Part shown: positions 28,465 to 32,000 of the stretch, one piece after another
Position numbering within the stretch: the first letter of the stretch is position 1
Layout of the letters: every line of letters begins with the position of its first letter
Assembly: GCF_001457615.1 (NCBI RefSeq)
Contig: NZ_LN831024.1
Span: 3,000,001 to 3,032,000 of the forward strand
DNA: 32,000 bases
Direction: 5' to 3'
Origin: Pseudomonas aeruginosa
Lineage (GTDB): Bacteria; Pseudomonadota; Gammaproteobacteria; Pseudomonadales; Pseudomonadaceae
Position numbers and translations under genes: made by a program
Notes under the pieces: generated by a model
Told to the model about the DNA's origin: nothing
The model's database searches: none
What the model saw: only the letters and a program-made list of their open reading frames with translations

Positions 28465-29235
28465 TCAGCGATCGTTGTTGACGGTGTAGCTGACGCCGAC
28501 GCCGATGGACTTGGCGAAGGGCAGCAACTGGTTCAGGTAGACGTCGACGCCCTCGATACGGTCGCCGACCATCGACTTGGGCACGAAGACGATGTCGCCA
28601 CGCTGCATGGCCAGGGGCTTGCGGCCTTCCGGCCCGATCTTCATCAACTGGCTGAAGTCGAGGAAGTAGGCGTGGTAGCGGCCTTCCGAGTCCTCGCGCA
28701 TGAGCGCCACGCGGCGGGCGTCGCCCACCGGCAGGATGCCGCCGGCGCCGAGGATCGCCTGCTCCATGTTGTTGGCGGCGGGGATCGGCACGGCCGACGG
28801 GTTGCGCACCGCGCCGCCGACGAACACCGTATTGCCCGGCGCCTGGTTGATGTTCACCGTGACCCGCGGCTCGCGGTAGATCGGCGCGAGCTTGGTGGTC
28901 AGCTCGTTGGCGATTTCCTGCGGCGTGCGGTGCGCGGCCTGGATGCGACCGATGAACGGATAGTAGATGCTGCCGTCGTTGAGCACGGTGTACAGCGTCA
29001 GTTCATAGATGGTGGCGACGTTGAACGCCGAGAGGGTCGGCATCTCCCCGGCATCGCGGACGATCCGCAGGGTGTCCCCGACGCGCACCCGCTCCATCGC
29101 CGGCGGTAGCCTGGCGAGTTCTTCCAGGGCACGCTTGCCGCTGTCCACGGTGTCGCTGTCCGGTGCGGGAATCCGTGCGGGGGTGTTGCATGCGGCCAGG
29201 GCGAGCATGGCGAGCATGAGGAGGGTGCGTTTCAT
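28465..29235 (-). CDS. pslD: Wza-like polysaccharide export lipoprotein, 256 aa
   Basis: Start taken at ATG 29233-29235, giving MKRTLLMLAMLALAAC with a lipobox LAAC. Polysaccharide-export-type core (...GDTLRIV..., ...VFVGGAVRNP...). The ORF could extend to the GTG at 29268. Confidence 0.85.
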   Translation of the reverse strand: MKRTLLMLAMLALAACNTPARIPAPDSDTVDSGKRALEELARLPPAMERVRVGDTLRIVRDAGEMPTLSAFNVATIYELTLYTVLNDGSIYYPFIGRIQAAHRTPQEIANELTTKLAPIYREPRVTVNINQAPGNTVFVGGAVRNPSAVPIPAANNMEQAILGAGGILPVGDARRVALMREDSEGRYHAYFLDFSQLMKIGPEGRKPLAMQRGDIVFVPKSMVGDRIEGVDVYLNQLLPFAKSIGVGVSYTVNNDR

Positions 29236-29264
29236 GAGGGAGCACTTCCTGTAGGTCATGATGT

Positions 29265-30176
29265 TCACTTCCAGTAGCCTGGAAACATGCTGATGCGGCG
29301 CTTGAGGGCGACCGGCAGGTGGCGTTCCAGCTGGCCAAGGCGGTAGCCGAGCAGCTTGAACGCGCTACGCAGCGCTATTTCAGGTACGCGATACAGGGCA
29401 CCGGCGGCACGCAAGGCCTGTATCTCGGCGAGGACATAGCGCTTGCCCTCGCCACCCGCGCCGCCGAAGGCGGCACGTATCCAACGCTCGCGGCCGTAGA
29501 ACACGCCGATGTCGAAATAGCGGCGGAACTCTTCCAGCAAGCGGTAATCGTGGGAATGGTAGACCTCGGCGCTGGCCGCGTAGCGCACCGCGTAGCCGGC
29601 CTGCAGCAGGCGCGCGGCGACGTAGGCGTCCTCGCTGCCGATGACGTCTTCGGGGAAGCCGCCGACGGCCGCCAGGGCGTCGCTGCGGTAGGCGGAGAAC
29701 GAGTCGGAACTGAAGCAGGTCTTGATCCCCAGTTCCGAGGCGTCGGCCAGGCGCTTGCTGCGGCTTTCCGGCGGGTAGTTGAAGCGCCGCGCCTGGGCGC
29801 CGAGCAGGCCGGCGCCGGGGTGCGGCAACTGGCGGCCGTAGGCCACGCCGATGTCGGCCTCGGCATAGAGTTCGTCGAGCAGGTTGGCGAAACTGTCGGG
29901 CGAGGCGGGAATGGCGTCCTGGGTCAGGTAGATCAGCGCGTCGGCCTCGACCTGCTGGCTGGCCCAGCGCCGCGTCCCGCCGTGGTTGAAGCTGGCCGGC
30001 TCGATGACCTCGACCCGCGCGCCGAAGGCGCGGAAGCGCTCCACCGTGTCGTCGCTGGAGCGGCTGTCCACCACCAGGATGCTGTCCGGCTGCCGCCGTT
30101 GCGCGGCCAGGGCCGGCAGCAGCCGGTCCAGGTGCGCGCCGGCGTTGCGCGTGGGAATGACCAGGGCGCAGCGCAT
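29265..30176 (-). CDS. pslC: Glycosyltransferase family 2, 303 aa
   Basis: MRCALVIPTRNAGAHLDRLLPAL...ILVVDSRSSDDT is a GT2 N-terminal fold with a DxD-like motif. The ATG shares 1 nt with the pslB stop (TGATG). Confidence 0.9.
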   Translation of the reverse strand: MRCALVIPTRNAGAHLDRLLPALAAQRRQPDSILVVDSRSSDDTVERFRAFGARVEVIEPASFNHGGTRRWASQQVEADALIYLTQDAIPASPDSFANLLDELYAEADIGVAYGRQLPHPGAGLLGAQARRFNYPPESRSKRLADASELGIKTCFSSDSFSAYRSDALAAVGGFPEDVIGSEDAYVAARLLQAGYAVRYAASAEVYHSHDYRLLEEFRRYFDIGVFYGRERWIRAAFGGAGGEGKRYVLAEIQALRAAGALYRVPEIALRSAFKLLGYRLGQLERHLPVALKRRISMFPGYWK

Positions 30177-31642
30177 CAGGCTTTCTTCTCGTCGCTGGCG
30201 GGGGCGCGACCGTATATGTCGTTGAAGCGGACGATGTCGTCCTCGCCGAGGTACTCGCCGCTCTGTACCTCGATCATCACCAGGTCGATGATCCCCGGGT
30301 TGCTCAGGCGGTGGCTATGCCCGGCGGGGATGAAGGTGGATTCGTTGGTGTTGAGGAGAAACTCGCGCTCGCCATTCTCCACCAGCGCCATGCCGCTGAC
30401 CACGATCCAGTGCTCGCTGCGATGGTGGTGCATCTGCAACGACAGCGAAGCCTTGGGGCGCACCACGATGCGCTTGATCTTGAAGCGGCGGCCTTCCTCG
30501 AGCACGGTGTAGGTGCCCCAGGGCCGGCTGACCGTGCGGTGCAGGCGGAAGGCGTCGTGGCCGCGACGCTTGAGTTCCTGGGCGACGAACTTGACGTCCT
30601 GGCTGCGCGCCGCGTCGGCCACCAGCAGGGCGTCGGGGGTGTCGACGATGATCAGGTCGTGCACGCCGACGGCGCCGACCAGGCGCTTCGGCGAATCGAT
30701 GTAGCAGTTGCTGACGTCGTGCAGCACGCTCTCGCCGCGTACCTGGTTGCCGTTCTCGTCCGCCGCGCTGAGTTCGCGCAGCGCCTGCCAGGAGCCGATG
30801 TCGCTCCAGCCGATGGAGCAGGGCACCACGGCGACCTTGTCCGAGCGCTCCATCAGCGCGTAGTCGACGGAGATGTCCGGCGCCTCGGCGAAGGCCCCGG
30901 CGGCCAGCTCGCGCTGGCGGCACTGGCCGTTCTCCAGGCTGCTGCCGTCGGCCAGGGCGGCGCGGGCGGCGATCAGCACCTCCGGCGCGTGGCGCTCCAG
31001 TTCCTGCAACACGGTGGCGGCCTGGAAGCAGAACATGCCGGCGTTCCACAGGTACTTGCCGCTGTCCAGGTAGGACTGGGCGGTGGCCTGGTCGGGTTTC
31101 TCGACGAAGCGTGCGACCCGGAAGCCGTTGCCCAGCGGGGCGCCCTGTTCGATATAGCCGAAGCCGGTCTCGGCGCGCTCCGGGGTGATGCCGAAGGTCA
31201 CCAGGTAGCCTTGGGCCGCGAGTCCGCGAGCCTCGGCCACCGCCGCGGCGAAGGCCTGCTCGTCGCGGATCAGGTGGTCGGCGGGAAGGATCAGCAACTG
31301 CGCCTGGTCGCCGAAGTGCTCCTGCACATGCAGCGCGGCGGCGGCGATGGCCGGCGCGGTATTGCGTCCCATCGGCTCCAGCAGCAGGTCCTGGGCCAGG
31401 CCGCTGCGGTTGACCGCGCGGTAGTCGTCCAGGGTACGGAACAGCAGATCGCGGTTGGTCACCGTGAGCAGGCGGGCGACGTCCGGCAGCCCGGCGATAC
31501 GCAGGAAGGTCTTCTGCAACAGGCTCTGGTCATCGGCCAGGCGCATGAAGGGTTTCGGCATGCTCTCCCGGGAAACCGGCCACAGGCGGGTCCCGGAACC
31601 GCCGGAAACGATGCAGGGGATCAGCGGGGCGACGGCGTTCAT
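30176..31642 (-). CDS. pslB: Bifunctional mannose-1-phosphate guanylyltransferase / mannose-6-phosphate isomerase, 488 aa
   Basis: Start at ATG 31640-31642 ([25 protein letters not shown]...). C-terminal cupin PMI motifs (...SLQMHHHRSEHWIVVSG...). The ATG shares 1 nt with the pslA stop. Confidence 0.93.
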   Translation of the reverse strand: MNAVAPLIPCIVSGGSGTRLWPVSRESMPKPFMRLADDQSLLQKTFLRIAGLPDVARLLTVTNRDLLFRTLDDYRAVNRSGLAQDLLLEPMGRNTAPAIAAAALHVQEHFGDQAQLLILPADHLIRDEQAFAAAVAEARGLAAQGYLVTFGITPERAETGFGYIEQGAPLGNGFRVARFVEKPDQATAQSYLDSGKYLWNAGMFCFQAATVLQELERHAPEVLIAARAALADGSSLENGQCRQRELAAGAFAEAPDISVDYALMERSDKVAVVPCSIGWSDIGSWQALRELSAADENGNQVRGESVLHDVSNCYIDSPKRLVGAVGVHDLIIVDTPDALLVADAARSQDVKFVAQELKRRGHDAFRLHRTVSRPWGTYTVLEEGRRFKIKRIVVRPKASLSLQMHHHRSEHWIVVSGMALVENGEREFLLNTNESTFIPAGHSHRLSNPGIIDLVMIEVQSGEYLGEDDIVRFNDIYGRAPASDEKKA

Positions 31643-32000
31643 CAGTAGACTTCCTTGGTCAGGAGTACGGCTGGCACCGTACGGAACAGGATGTAGAGGT
31701 CGAACCACACCGACCACTTGGCGATGTATTCGAGGTCGTATTCCACGCGTTTCTTGATCTTGTGCAGGGTGTCGGTCTCACCCCGGTAGCCGTTGATCTG
31801 CGCCCAGCCGGTGATGCCGGGCTTGACCCGGTGGCGCGAGCTGTATTCGCTGACCGCCTCCTCGAAGGGAATGCCGGCGGCCTTGGTCGCGGTGGCGTGG
31901 GGGCGCGGGCCGACCATCGACATGCTGCCGGCGAGCACGTTGAACAGCTGCGGCAGCTCGTCGATGCTGGTCTTGCGGATGAAGCGGCCGACCCGGGTGA
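31642..32000 (-). CDS. pslA: Polyprenyl-phosphate sugar transferase (WbaP-like), C-terminal part; 5' end outside window
   Basis: The frame is open to the window end. It reads ...[30 protein letters not shown]...[16 protein letters not shown]..., the bacterial sugar-transferase signature. Confidence 0.9.
   Translation of the reverse strand, partial: TRVGRFIRKTSIDELPQLFNVLAGSMSMVGPRPHATATKAAGIPFEEAVSEYSSRHRVKPGITGWAQINGYRGETDTLHKIKKRVEYDLEYIAKWSVWFDLYILFRTVPAVLLTKEVY

Overview
GC-rich Pseudomonas aeruginosa-type chromosomal segment, identified only from the translated ORFs and remembered synteny, with no database search. It appears colinear, in reverse orientation, with the PAO1 PA2258-to-PA2231 region. 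Order: ptxR (3' part, +); a REP/BIME-like repeat array; pvcDCBA isonitrile cluster (-); ansA (-); an AGCS Na+/alanine-type symporter (-, frameshifted here); a divergent XRE-HTH hypothetical (+); the lpdV-bkdB-bkdA2-bkdA1 branched-chain keto-acid dehydrogenase operon (-) with divergent bkdR (+); a small basic coiled-coil ORF (+) behind twin perfect palindromes; a poxvirus-like type IB topoisomerase (pslN position, -); an FAD oxidoreductase (pslM, -); then pslL through pslA (-, pslA 5' part outside the window). No rRNA, tRNA, CRISPR array, transposase or integrase was seen. This is mostly well-known core genome, and I found no clear novel multi-gene system. Points worth a second look: (1) 1-nt deletions in short G/C runs break pslG (GH39 Psl hydrolase) and the AGCS symporter, which is either real pseudogenisation or assembly error; (2) two identical 15-nt repeats, each holding a perfect 14-bp ACGT-centred palindrome, lie 24 bp apart in front of a 97-codon basic/coiled-coil ORF whose coding strand is ambiguous; (3) pslM-pslN looks like its own transcription unit, with a hairpin then a TTGGTA-N17-TAGAAT promoter, and pairs an FAD oxidoreductase with a TopIB; (4) pvcC (HpaB-type oxygenase) is translationally coupled to an exported di-haem cytochrome c4-like PvcD instead of a flavin reductase; (5) the REP array carries a degenerate copy of the ptxR 3' end.
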